This document shows, in pieces, positions 16,378 through 25,400 of a stretch of DNA of 32,993 nucleotides; within the stretch, counting starts at the first letter, position 1; each line of letters starts with the position of its first letter. Source of the DNA: Candidatus Binataceae bacterium (lineage in GTDB: Bacteria > Desulfobacterota > Binatia > Binatales > Binataceae); contig JBJKQX010000417.1 in NCBI GenBank assembly GCA_046704965.1, forward strand, positions 1 to 32,993, in the 5' to 3' direction. The notes beneath the pieces were generated by a model, which did not search any database, was not told the origin of the DNA, and was given only the letters and a program-made list of their open reading frames with translations. A program made the position numbers and the translations under genes.

Positions 16378-19300
16378 GCGCCAACCACGATTGGCTCAAC
16401 CTCATCGAGGTGTCGGGGCCGTTCCTCGCGGTGCCCGTGCTTCGGGAGGCGCTTCCCCAAGGCTTGGAAGCCCTCACCTCCGGCCGACCTCAACGGCTCC
16501 GCGCCGCCTACGACGAATGGCGTGACGCCGTCGATGCGGACGATCCCGATATGCCGGCGATACATTCGGCGTGGATCGACGAGGTTCTCCAAAGCGCCTT
16601 GGAGGTGGACGATCAGGTTTTGCGCCGGGCGGCGATATTGCCGGAGCGGCTGAAGGTGTCGCTGCCCGAGCACGGCGTCACGATCGCGCCTGACCTGGCG
16701 ATCGTCAATCCGACCCAGGGCGACGACCCGCTCCTGCTCGTCCAGCTCTATGATCCCGACACCGATCTCGACGCCACCCGGAACTACGACGGGCTGGCAA
16801 CGACTCCGGGCGACCGGATGGTGTCGGTGCTTCGCGCCGCCGGATGCCCGGTCGGTCTCGTGACCAACGGCGAGCGCTGGATGCTGGTTCATGCGCCGGC
16901 CGGCGCTGTCGCGAGCTTCGCCAGTTGGTATGCCCGCCTCTGGGGCCAGGAGCCCGAAACGCTCCGCGCCTTCGTCAGCCTGCTCGGGGTTCGTCGGTTC
17001 TTCGGCCCGGAAGCCGAAAGGCTACCGGCGTTGTTCGAACGATCGCTGAAGCACCAGGACGATGTGACCGACGCACTCGGCGAGCAGGTCCGCCGTGCGG
17101 TCGAAGTGCTGGTCCAGTCCCTCGACCGCGCCGATCAGGATCGCAACCGGGATCTCTTGCACGACGTCGATCCGAAGGAACTCTACGAGGCCGGACTGAC
17201 GGTCATGATGCGGCTCGTCTTCCTCCTCGCGGCGGAAGAACGCGGCCTGCTTCTCCTCGGCGATCCCAGATACGATTCGTTCTACGCGCTCTCCAGCCTG
17301 CGCATGCAGTTGCGCGCCGACTCCGAGGAGATTCTCGAACGTCGACGTTCGGCGTGGTCACGGCTGCTCGCGCTGTTTCGTGGCGTCTATGGCGGAATCG
17401 ATCATCCGGTGCTTCGGCTCCCGGCGATGGGCGGATCACTCTTCGATCCGGACCGCTACCCCTTCCTCGAAGGGCGCAAGAAAGGGACGAGTTGGCGGAG
17501 CGACCCGGCGGAACCCCTGCCGATCGACGATCGGACGGTTCTGCTCCTGCTTGAAGCGATCCAGACCTTCGAAGGGCGCACGCTGTCCTACCGGGCGCTC
17601 GACGTGGAGCAGATCGGCCACGTCTATGAAGGCCTACTCGAACGCACGGTCCAGCGCGTCGATGACGTGACACTCGAACTCGAAGGATCGGCCAAGGCCA
17701 AGAATGCGCGTGTCACATTGGGCGAGGTCGAGTCGGCGCACCTCGACGGCGCCGCGAGGATCGTCGAACTCCTGAAGGAACGGAGCGAGCGCTCTGAGCC
17801 TGCCATTCGCAACGCCATCGGGCGAGCGCCGGACGAACGCCTCGCGGCGCGCCTGCTCACCGTCTGCCGTGGCGACGTGGCGCTACGTGACCGCATCCTG
17901 CCCTATGCCGAACTCCTGCGGACGGACCCGTGGGGATACCCTCTGGTCCATCACGCGGGCGCCTTCGTCGTCGTCCTCGGCGCCGACCGGCGCGAGAGCG
18001 GAACGCATTACACGCCCAAGAGCCTGACCGAGAAAATCGTCGAAGAAACCCTGACGCCGATCGTTTTTCGTGGTCCGGCCGAAGGTGCGGCGCGCGAGGA
18101 TTGGAAGCTCAAAAGCGCCGACGAACTCCTCGACCTCAAGATCTGCGATCCTGCGATGGGATCAGGCGCGTTCCTCGTGCAGGCGTGCAGCTGGCTCGCC
18201 GATCGGCTGGTCGAGGCCTGGTCGGGCATAGAAGCAGCGGACGGCCGGATCGACGACGAAGGCCGCACTCGCACCGCAGATGACGCGGCCGGGTTCGAAC
18301 CACTGTCGCGCGACATCGAAGAACGCGCCATCCTCGGACGTCGCCTGATCGCCGAGCGCTGCCTCTACGGTGTCGACAAGAACCCGCTCGCGGTCGAACT
18401 CGCCAAGCTATCGCTGTGGTTGACCACGCTCGCCAAGGGACGGCCCTTCGGCTTTCTCGATCACAACCTGCGGAGCGGCGACAGCCTTCTCGGCATCCAT
18501 GATCTCGGCCAGCTCATCGAGCTGGATATGAAGCCGAAGGGTAAGGCGCAGCTTCGCCTTTTCGGCCGGACGATCCGGACGGCCGTCGACAAGGCCCTTG
18601 AACTCCGCAGCCAGCTTCGCTCGATCCCCATCCGCGACATCGGCGATGTCGAGGCAATGGCGGCACTCGACGCCCAATCACGCAATGAACTCGCGCTTCC
18701 GGAGCTGATCGCCGATGGCCTCGTCGGCATCGTCCTCTCCGAGGATCGTGCCGGTGAACGGGCGATGAGAACCACGACGCTGGCAACCATTGCCGATGCA
18801 GCCGCGAACGGCGAAGCAAACGCTCAGGGCCGCGCGGCGCGCGACGCGTTTACCGACCTCGCGAGAGATGCTCCTGATGGCGCCTCACGACGACCACTCC
18901 ACTGGCCACTCGAATTCCCAGAAGTCTTTTCGCGGGACAATGGTGGGTTTGATGCCTTCGTTGGCAATCCTCCATTCTTGGGGGGACAGCGGATCACTGG
19001 GGTGGCCGGTACGGCTTATCGCAATTGGCTCGTTGACCAAGTCGCTGAAGGTCGGCGGGGGTCAGCCGACCTCGTCGCGTACTTTTTCCTACGCGCTTAC
19101 TCGCTCTTGCGGGACGGGGGTGGTTTCGGACTACTCGCGGTCAATACTATCGCGGAGGGCGACACACGGCAGGTCGGGCTAGAAGCCATGGTCGGCGCGG
19201 GCGCTGTCATTCATGCGGCCTATCCGAACGAGCCTTGGCCTGGGAAGGCGGCGGTTGTCACCAGTCGTGTCCATATCCACAAAGGCAAGTGGAGTGGCGA

Positions 19301-19784
19301 ATGCTCGTTGCGCGGACGCCCCGTTGCATTCGTGTCAGCGTACCTTGCAGATCAAGAGGAGTGGAGTCCGAAAGGGCTGAAGGCTGCACAGAACATTGCT
19401 TTCATCGGTTCCTATGTGCTCGGAAAGGGCTTCGTACTTGCGCCCGAGGAAGCGCAGCGCATGCTAGATGCTGACCCGCGAAACGTCGATGTGATCTTTC
19501 CGTACCTTGACGGAGACGATCTCAAATCAGTTCCAGAGCAGCGGGCCACTCGATGGGTGATCAGTTTCTGGGATTGGCCCGAGGCGCGCGCGCAAGAATA
19601 CGAATTACCCTGGCAGCGGATCGAAGATCGGGTCAGACCGGAACGCCAGCGTCTCAACGAGCGAGGTGAGTTCGTTCTTCGGAAGCCTCTGCCCGAACGC
19701 TGGTGGCAATTCGGCGAAAAACGTCCGGGCCTCTATCATGCGATAGGTCGCGGTTACTACTTCGAACAGCATCCCGAAGATTGA
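16374..19784 (+). CDS. drmMI: N6-adenine DNA methyltransferase (Eco57I/type IIG-like), DISARM DrmMI, truncated by an in-frame TGA
   Basis: HYTPKSL, ICDPAMGSGAFLV (SAM motif I) and FVGNPPFLGG (NPPF motif IV). ATGA overlap with the drmD stop. The frame ends at TGA 19782-19784 and continues in the same frame afterwards (see next feature). Confidence 0.85.
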   Translation: MSANHDWLNLIEVSGPFLAVPVLREALPQGLEALTSGRPQRLRAAYDEWRDAVDADDPDMPAIHSAWIDEVLQSALEVDDQVLRRAAILPERLKVSLPEHGVTIAPDLAIVNPTQGDDPLLLVQLYDPDTDLDATRNYDGLATTPGDRMVSVLRAAGCPVGLVTNGERWMLVHAPAGAVASFASWYARLWGQEPETLRAFVSLLGVRRFFGPEAERLPALFERSLKHQDDVTDALGEQVRRAVEVLVQSLDRADQDRNRDLLHDVDPKELYEAGLTVMMRLVFLLAAEERGLLLLGDPRYDSFYALSSLRMQLRADSEEILERRRSAWSRLLALFRGVYGGIDHPVLRLPAMGGSLFDPDRYPFLEGRKKGTSWRSDPAEPLPIDDRTVLLLLEAIQTFEGRTLSYRALDVEQIGHVYEGLLERTVQRVDDVTLELEGSAKAKNARVTLGEVESAHLDGAARIVELLKERSERSEPAIRNAIGRAPDERLAARLLTVCRGDVALRDRILPYAELLRTDPWGYPLVHHAGAFVVVLGADRRESGTHYTPKSLTEKIVEETLTPIVFRGPAEGAAREDWKLKSADELLDLKICDPAMGSGAFLVQACSWLADRLVEAWSGIEAADGRIDDEGRTRTADDAAGFEPLSRDIEERAILGRRLIAERCLYGVDKNPLAVELAKLSLWLTTLAKGRPFGFLDHNLRSGDSLLGIHDLGQLIELDMKPKGKAQLRLFGRTIRTAVDKALELRSQLRSIPIRDIGDVEAMAALDAQSRNELALPELIADGLVGIVLSEDRAGERAMRTTTLATIADAAANGEANAQGRAARDAFTDLARDAPDGASRRPLHWPLEFPEVFSRDNGGFDAFVGNPPFLGGQRITGVAGTAYRNWLVDQVAEGRRGSADLVAYFFLRAYSLLRDGGGFGLLAVNTIAEGDTRQVGLEAMVGAGAVIHAAYPNEPWPGKAAVVTSRVHIHKGKWSGECSLRGRPVAFVSAYLADQEEWSPKGLKAAQNIAFIGSYVLGKGFVLAPEEAQRMLDADPRNVDVIFPYLDGDDLKSVPEQRATRWVISFWDWPEARAQEYELPWQRIEDRVRPERQRLNERGEFVLRKPLPERWWQFGEKRPGLYHAIGRGYYFEQHPED

Positions 19785-19817
19785 AGCGCGCAGACCCGCC
19801 CACTTGAGCATATTCTC

Positions 19818-20507
19818 GTGGCGGGGCGTGTCGGAAAGTATTTCAATCCGTCAGTAGTACAAAACGACGTCATTTTTCACGAGAAATGTGTCGTTTTCGC
19901 CGTGACGGAGGCATTTGCCTACGCGGCAATCTTCAATTCATCCCCGGTCGATGCGTGGGTTTGGAAACAGTCTTCCCGGATGAAGCTTGATCTGAATTTC
20001 TCGCCGTCGGACGCGGTCGAGACTTTTCCCTTTTTGGAAGCCTCCGACGTCATTCGCTTCGACCAGCTGGGTCGTGAGTACCTGCAATCGCGACGAGAGA
20101 TAATGACTGATCCGGCCAACCAGATCGGTCTCACGAAGCTCTACAACCGTTTCCACGACGCCGCTGACGTTGAAGCGCGCATCGTGCGCCTTCGGGAGAT
20201 GCACCGCGAGATCGACGCCGCCGTCATGCGTGCCTACGGGTGGGACGATCTCGACCTCGGGCATGGCTATCATGAGCAACCGAACCTCGCGGAGAACGAC
20301 CGCGTTCGCTTCACGATCTCCGATGTTGCGCGTGCGGAGGTGTTGCGTCGATTTACCGAGTTGAACCGACGGCGGTACCAGGACGAGGTCGAAGCGGGAC
20401 TGCACAAGTCAGCCAAGAAAACAGCATCGAGGAAGGCGCAGGTCAACCAAGACACCGGCGGTTTCTTCGATGCCGATACTATTGAGACGGAGAGCGTCGA
20501 TGACTGA
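19818..20507 (+). CDS. drmMI: C-terminal portion of DrmMI, separated from the main ORF by one in-frame stop (same reading frame)
   Basis: 16374 and 19818 are in the same frame. Only one stop (TGA 19782-19784) lies between ...YYFEQHPED and SAQTRPLEHILVAGRVGKYFNPSVV... The sequence has no independent SD. It resembles the usual C-terminal region of large type IIG/PglX-like methyltransferases. Confidence 0.7.
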   Translation: MAGRVGKYFNPSVVQNDVIFHEKCVVFAVTEAFAYAAIFNSSPVDAWVWKQSSRMKLDLNFSPSDAVETFPFLEASDVIRFDQLGREYLQSRREIMTDPANQIGLTKLYNRFHDAADVEARIVRLREMHREIDAAVMRAYGWDDLDLGHGYHEQPNLAENDRVRFTISDVARAEVLRRFTELNRRRYQDEVEAGLHKSAKKTASRKAQVNQDTGGFFDADTIETESVDD

Positions 20508-22449
20508 CACATACAAGATGACGGTCGACCTCAACGTACTCGACCACCTCGGCATCAACCTCTACAGCAACATCGCCGCCGTCCTGACCGAAGCCGTCGC
20601 CAACGCTTGGGATGCGGATGCCGAGAAGGTGGACATTCGGATCGACCCAGACGGCAAGTGGATCGAGATCACCGATGATGGCATCGGCATGTCGGTCGTC
20701 GACATGAACGACAAGTATCTGCGCGTCGGCTACCGGCGTCGTGAAGAGACGAACGGTCGCGTGACGCCCAAGGGACGGCCGGTGATGGGCAGGAAGGGGT
20801 TGGGCAAACTCTCGCTCTTCTCGATCGCCGACACCATTGAGGTGCATTCGGCCAAGGACGGCGGCGCGCATGGGCTGCGCATGACGGTCGCCGGTATCCA
20901 TGACTCCGTCCGGGACCAAAAGCCCTTCTACAGTCCCGAACCGCTGCCGGCCGGAGACATCACCGTCGCGAAGGGGACGAAGATCATCCTCAAGGACGTC
21001 AAGCGCCAGCGTCTCGGGCCGGGAGCCGTGGCGCTCCGCAAGCGCCTGGCGAGGCGGTTCTCGGTCGTGGGGGAAGCCCACGGTTTCAAGGTCGAGATCG
21101 ACGGCCAGCCCATCACCGCTGCCGACCGTGGCGACCTCGCCATGGTCCAGTTCCTTTGGACGTTCGGGATCGAAGAGCCCGATCTGACGGCCTCTTTCCA
21201 GCTCAAGGAAAAGGAGTCTCTCTCCGACCGCTTCGATGCCTGGGACGCGACATGGCGCGTGAAGGGCTGGATCGGCACCGCCAGAAAGCCGAAGGATCTG
21301 GAAAGCACCGAAGCCGGCAACATGAACGGCATCGTCGTGTTCGCTCGCGGGCGGCTATTCCATGAGAACATCCTCGACAAGCTGAACGACGCCAGGATCT
21401 ACACCAAATACCTCACGGGACAGATCGAGGCCGATTTCCTGGACATCGACGACAAGCCCGACATCGCGACCAGCGATCGACAGCGCGTGCAGGAGGACGA
21501 CGAGCGATACCAGCAACTGCTCGCGTTCCTGCGGTCGCGGCTCACTCAGGTCGAGAGCCGCTGGAACGAGTGGCGGCGGAAGCACGAAATCGAGAAGGCG
21601 AAGGAAACATCGCCCGCCCTCGCGGAATGGCTCGATGGACTGCCGGAAGGCTTCCGTAAGAGCGCCGAGGAACTGATCGCAAAACTCAGCGCTCTGCCAA
21701 TCGAAGAGGACGACGATCGCAAGGTTCTGTATCGCCACGGCATCCTCGCATTCGAACGCATGAAGCTGCGGGGATCGACCGACGAATTCATCGCGAGTAT
21801 CGCCAGCGTGGACAAGCTGCTCACGCTGCTCGCCGATCGGGATTCTCTCGAAGCATCGCTGTATCGCGACATCGTGCGGTCTCGGCTCGGCGCCATCCAG
21901 GAGTTTCAGAAGATCGTCGATGAGGACGCGAAGGAGAAGGTCCTCCAGAAATATCTGTTCGATCACCTCTGGTTGCTGGACCCCGCCTGGGAGCGCGCTT
22001 CTGGCAGCGAACTCATGGAAAAGCGCCTCGTGTCCGAAGGCGTCATCGTCGAGGACTTCAACGAGAAAGAGAAACTCGGTCGGGTCGACATCGCTTATCG
22101 CACCTACGCCGGAAAGCACATCATCGTCGAACTGAAAAAGGCCGGTCGGGTGATGAAGCTCCTCGAATTGCAGGAGCAAGGCCAACGCTACGTCGATACG
22201 CTGCGAAAGATCCTGTTACAGCAAGGCGATTCCTCACCGAACATCGAGGTCGTGTTCGTTCTGGGCAAATCGATCGAGGAGGAGAAGGCGAACCCCGATC
22301 GACTCAAATCGTCCATGGCGGCGATCTCACCCGGTAGCCGGATCGCCCACTACGACACACTCATCAGGGGCGCCCAGGAAGCCTACGAGCAATATCTCAA
22401 GGCCAGCAAGGAGCTGGATCGTCTCGAAAAGTTGGTGAACCAGATATGA
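20500..22449 (+). CDS. GHKL (HATPase_c_3, MORC-like) ATPase with a coiled-coil middle and a C-terminal PD-(D/E)xK nuclease-like domain (DUF4263/Shedu-like)
   Basis: Bergerat-fold motifs: LTEAVANAWDADA (N box), ITDDGIGM (G1) and GRKGLGKLSLFS (G2). C-terminus: HLWLLDPAWE...GRVDIAY...HIIVELKKAG...QGQRYV (D...ExK...QxxY). The ATG at 20500 overlaps the drmMI stop (ATGACTGA), and the stop overlaps the drmA start (ATGA). Confidence 0.8.
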   Translation: MTDTYKMTVDLNVLDHLGINLYSNIAAVLTEAVANAWDADAEKVDIRIDPDGKWIEITDDGIGMSVVDMNDKYLRVGYRRREETNGRVTPKGRPVMGRKGLGKLSLFSIADTIEVHSAKDGGAHGLRMTVAGIHDSVRDQKPFYSPEPLPAGDITVAKGTKIILKDVKRQRLGPGAVALRKRLARRFSVVGEAHGFKVEIDGQPITAADRGDLAMVQFLWTFGIEEPDLTASFQLKEKESLSDRFDAWDATWRVKGWIGTARKPKDLESTEAGNMNGIVVFARGRLFHENILDKLNDARIYTKYLTGQIEADFLDIDDKPDIATSDRQRVQEDDERYQQLLAFLRSRLTQVESRWNEWRRKHEIEKAKETSPALAEWLDGLPEGFRKSAEELIAKLSALPIEEDDDRKVLYRHGILAFERMKLRGSTDEFIASIASVDKLLTLLADRDSLEASLYRDIVRSRLGAIQEFQKIVDEDAKEKVLQKYLFDHLWLLDPAWERASGSELMEKRLVSEGVIVEDFNEKEKLGRVDIAYRTYAGKHIIVELKKAGRVMKLLELQEQGQRYVDTLRKILLQQGDSSPNIEVVFVLGKSIEEEKANPDRLKSSMAAISPGSRIAHYDTLIRGAQEAYEQYLKASKELDRLEKLVNQI

Positions 22450-25400
22450 GCGAATCCAGCCCTCCGGATAACGGCACGACAGCACAGATGCCGGCTCAAG
22501 CGGCTTGGATGGCCGCTGATGCGACCGTTCGCGCAGGGCAGCACGATTTCGGCTTCTCGTGCGCGGGAGGACCCAACCTGTTCGCGAGCATCGCGGCGGG
22601 TGACTGGCTGCTTCTCTTCGATCTCACCCAGTCGGTCACGCGAGTCGGACGACTCCTTCGCGTTCGATCGACGGAAGCCGAAACCTACTTCTATTTCGAC
22701 AAGCTCCAAACCGTCACTTCGCCGACACCGTTGAGCGGATTGGGTCTCACTGCACCCGCCGGGCTGATCAACCGCCTCCCTTGGGATGATTTCGTGCGCG
22801 CAGCGAAGGCTGTCGGGATTTCCGACATCGATGCCGTGCCGCTCATCCAAAACGTCGCCTATGTGCGCGATCTGCTCGAAGTTGCCGTCCGCGATGATCT
22901 TCTCGGCCCTGCCGGCGGGCCGCATGAGCTGATCAAGGATATGAGCGTTCGCGACCGCTACCTGGTCGGGAAGCTCGCACCTCGACGGCCGGGTGACGGC
23001 GAGACGGTCCTCGTCGAGCCTGCGGCGGCCGATGAGATCGGCGACATCGAGGATGAACGAGCCGCGCCCATTCACGAGCCGGGCGCCGAATTCGCGAGCG
23101 CTTCCGGCCGTGTGGAGCCCGAGGACGATGCCCTCGACGAGATCGACACGACGAACAATCAATCGCTTGTGCCCTCCAGCCTGGGGCTCACCTTCTGCGT
23201 CGCGCAGGGCGTGGACTCGCTCGCGGTCGAGGTTCGCTGGGGGCGTTACGAGCGCGTCCCGAGTGACGAGCACGACGTCGTCAAGACCCGGAGGAATCGG
23301 GCGACCGGGAAAGAGGAAGAGACGAAGGTCAAGGTGTGGCGACGCATCCCGTGCGGCGGGGTCGTTCCCCTGATTCTGAGCGACGGACCGATAAGGCCCT
23401 CGACGCCGGACCGAGACCAGCCTGACGTCAGGCTGCAAGGCACCGTCCGGACGAACGACCAGGGCGAGCGCCTCGTCACCCTATTCCTGGTGAACGGCCA
23501 GTTGGAGCCCGATGACAACAAGGACCGCGCCTGGCTTTTCCAGCCGGAGATTTCCGTGGCCGCGCTCGACGGCGCTGTGGACAAGGCGATCTTCAGGCGA
23601 CGCCCATCCAATGAAATCGTCGTCGACGATCCGGAACGCGATCGCCTAGCGCTGATCTATCGCAATCGGCTGGAGTTCGCGGTCGGCCACGGCGTGTCGG
23701 TCCACGCCGACACGATGCTGGAAGATTCCGGGAAGGCTTGGCGGGTCCGCACCGAGATCATTCCGCGCTACGAGATCGCCGTGACGGAGACGCCGGGCCT
23801 CGACCCCGGCGATCGCCCGGCGATGCGCCGGATGGTCGACGAAGGTTGGCTAGACATGAGCCGCCTCGCGGAATTGGAGCCGCGGACGCTGCGTAATGCC
23901 CTGTCATGCCTGGTCGACGACTACGCCGTATGGATCGAGGAGCAACGTGCGCGGCTGAAAAGCGAGATCACCGGCTTCGATCAGCCGGGGCGAGACGTGA
24001 TCGCCCGCTGCGAGGAAACTCTGCGCCGTCTTCGCGACGGGATCAGCACACTCTTTTCTGATGACGCGGCCCTATCGGCATTTCGCTTCGCCAACAGGTC
24101 CATGGCACTACAGCGCGTCCGGAGCCTCTATGCCCTCAAGTGCAGGCGGGGCGAGGCAGCGGGCATCGCGCAGCTCGACATCCCAAGGAATAGATCCTGG
24201 CGCCCCTTCCAATTGGCCTTCCTATTGTTGTCGGTGCCTTCGCTCGCCGACCCGGCGCATCCCGATCGAACGAAACCCGTGGAGGCCTTCGCCGATCTGC
24301 TGTGGTTCCCAACGGGCGGCGGTAAGACAGAAGCCTATCTGGGTGTGGCTGCCTTCGCGATGGCGATGCGCCGGCTGAAGAACGACCTCGGTGGGCTCGA
24401 CGCCTCGCGCGGCGTCGCCGTAATCATGCGATACACGCTGCGCCTGTTGACGCTCCAGCAATTCCAGCGCGCGGCCGCGCTGTTGTGCGCAATGGAGGTC
24501 ATCCGTCGCGCCGACGAGAAGACCTGGGGCAAGGAGCCCTTCTCACTGGGACTGTGGGTCGGCAACAGGGTGACGCCGGGCCGAACCGAAGACGCTCACC
24601 AGGCGATCGAAGCGTTGCGCAATGGTGATCGGAATCGTGCCGGCATCGCGTCACCGGCGCAATTGACGAGCTGCCCATGGTGCGGCTCGGAGATCTCCGC
24701 TGGGCGCGACATCGAGGTCGACAGGGTTCTCGGCCGGACTCTCATTCACTGCGGGGACAAGCTCGGCACCTGCGAATTCTCGCGAGCCGGCTCCAGCGGG
24801 CTCGCCCACCCCGGATTGCCGGTGAAGGTGGTCGATGAGGAAATCTACCATCGTCCTCCCACGATGATGATCGCGACCGTCGACAAGTTCGCCATGATGG
24901 CCTGGCGGCCGGAAGTTCGAACCCTCTTCGGCCGCGTCGATGAAGAATGCGAACGCCATGGCTTGCTCTGGCCGGGGCACGATTGCGGCACGGGTCATCG
25001 CGCGCGCGGCGCCCATCCCGCGGCGAAGGTGAAGCCGGTGCGATCCGCTCTCCGCCCCCCCGATCTCATCATCCAAGACGAGTTCCACCTCATCAGCGGT
25101 CCCCTCGGCACCATGGTCGGCCTCTATGAGAGCGCCGTCGATGAGCTGAGCACCTGGCCCCTCGGCGATACGAAGGTCCGACCAAAGGTCGTGGCATCCA
25201 CCGCGACCGTCCGGCGCGCCGAAGATCAAGTGCGCAACGTGTTCATGCGGCGCATTTCGGTCTTTCCGCCCTCCGGTCTCGACGTCGAGGATAACTTCTT
25301 CTCGGTCCAGCGGCCCATCGAAGAGAAGCCCGGCCGCCGCTACATGGGCATATGCGCGCCCGGCAGCTCTCGCCCCGCGGTGCTTATCCGAACGTACACG

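Noticed and set aside
13482-16477. Many long minus-strand ORFs inside drmD (13482..14054, 13942..14454, 14740..15441, 15911..16477 and others).
   Set aside because: They are antisense shadow ORFs, as expected in about 65% GC coding DNA. Their Arg/Ala/Pro-rich translations carry no motifs, and they fully overlap a motif-rich helicase gene.
19782-19784. The TGA in drmMI as a selenocysteine or programmed recoding site.
   Set aside because: I see no SECIS-like hairpin immediately downstream and there is no biological precedent for a selenoprotein methyltransferase. A nonsense mutation or leaky stop is more parsimonious.
21355-23438. 276-aa and 351-aa minus-strand ORFs antisense to the GHKL gene and to the drmA 5' end.
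   Set aside because: The same shadow-ORF reasoning applies. The plus-strand frames carry clear GHKL and helicase motifs and tight stop/start coupling.
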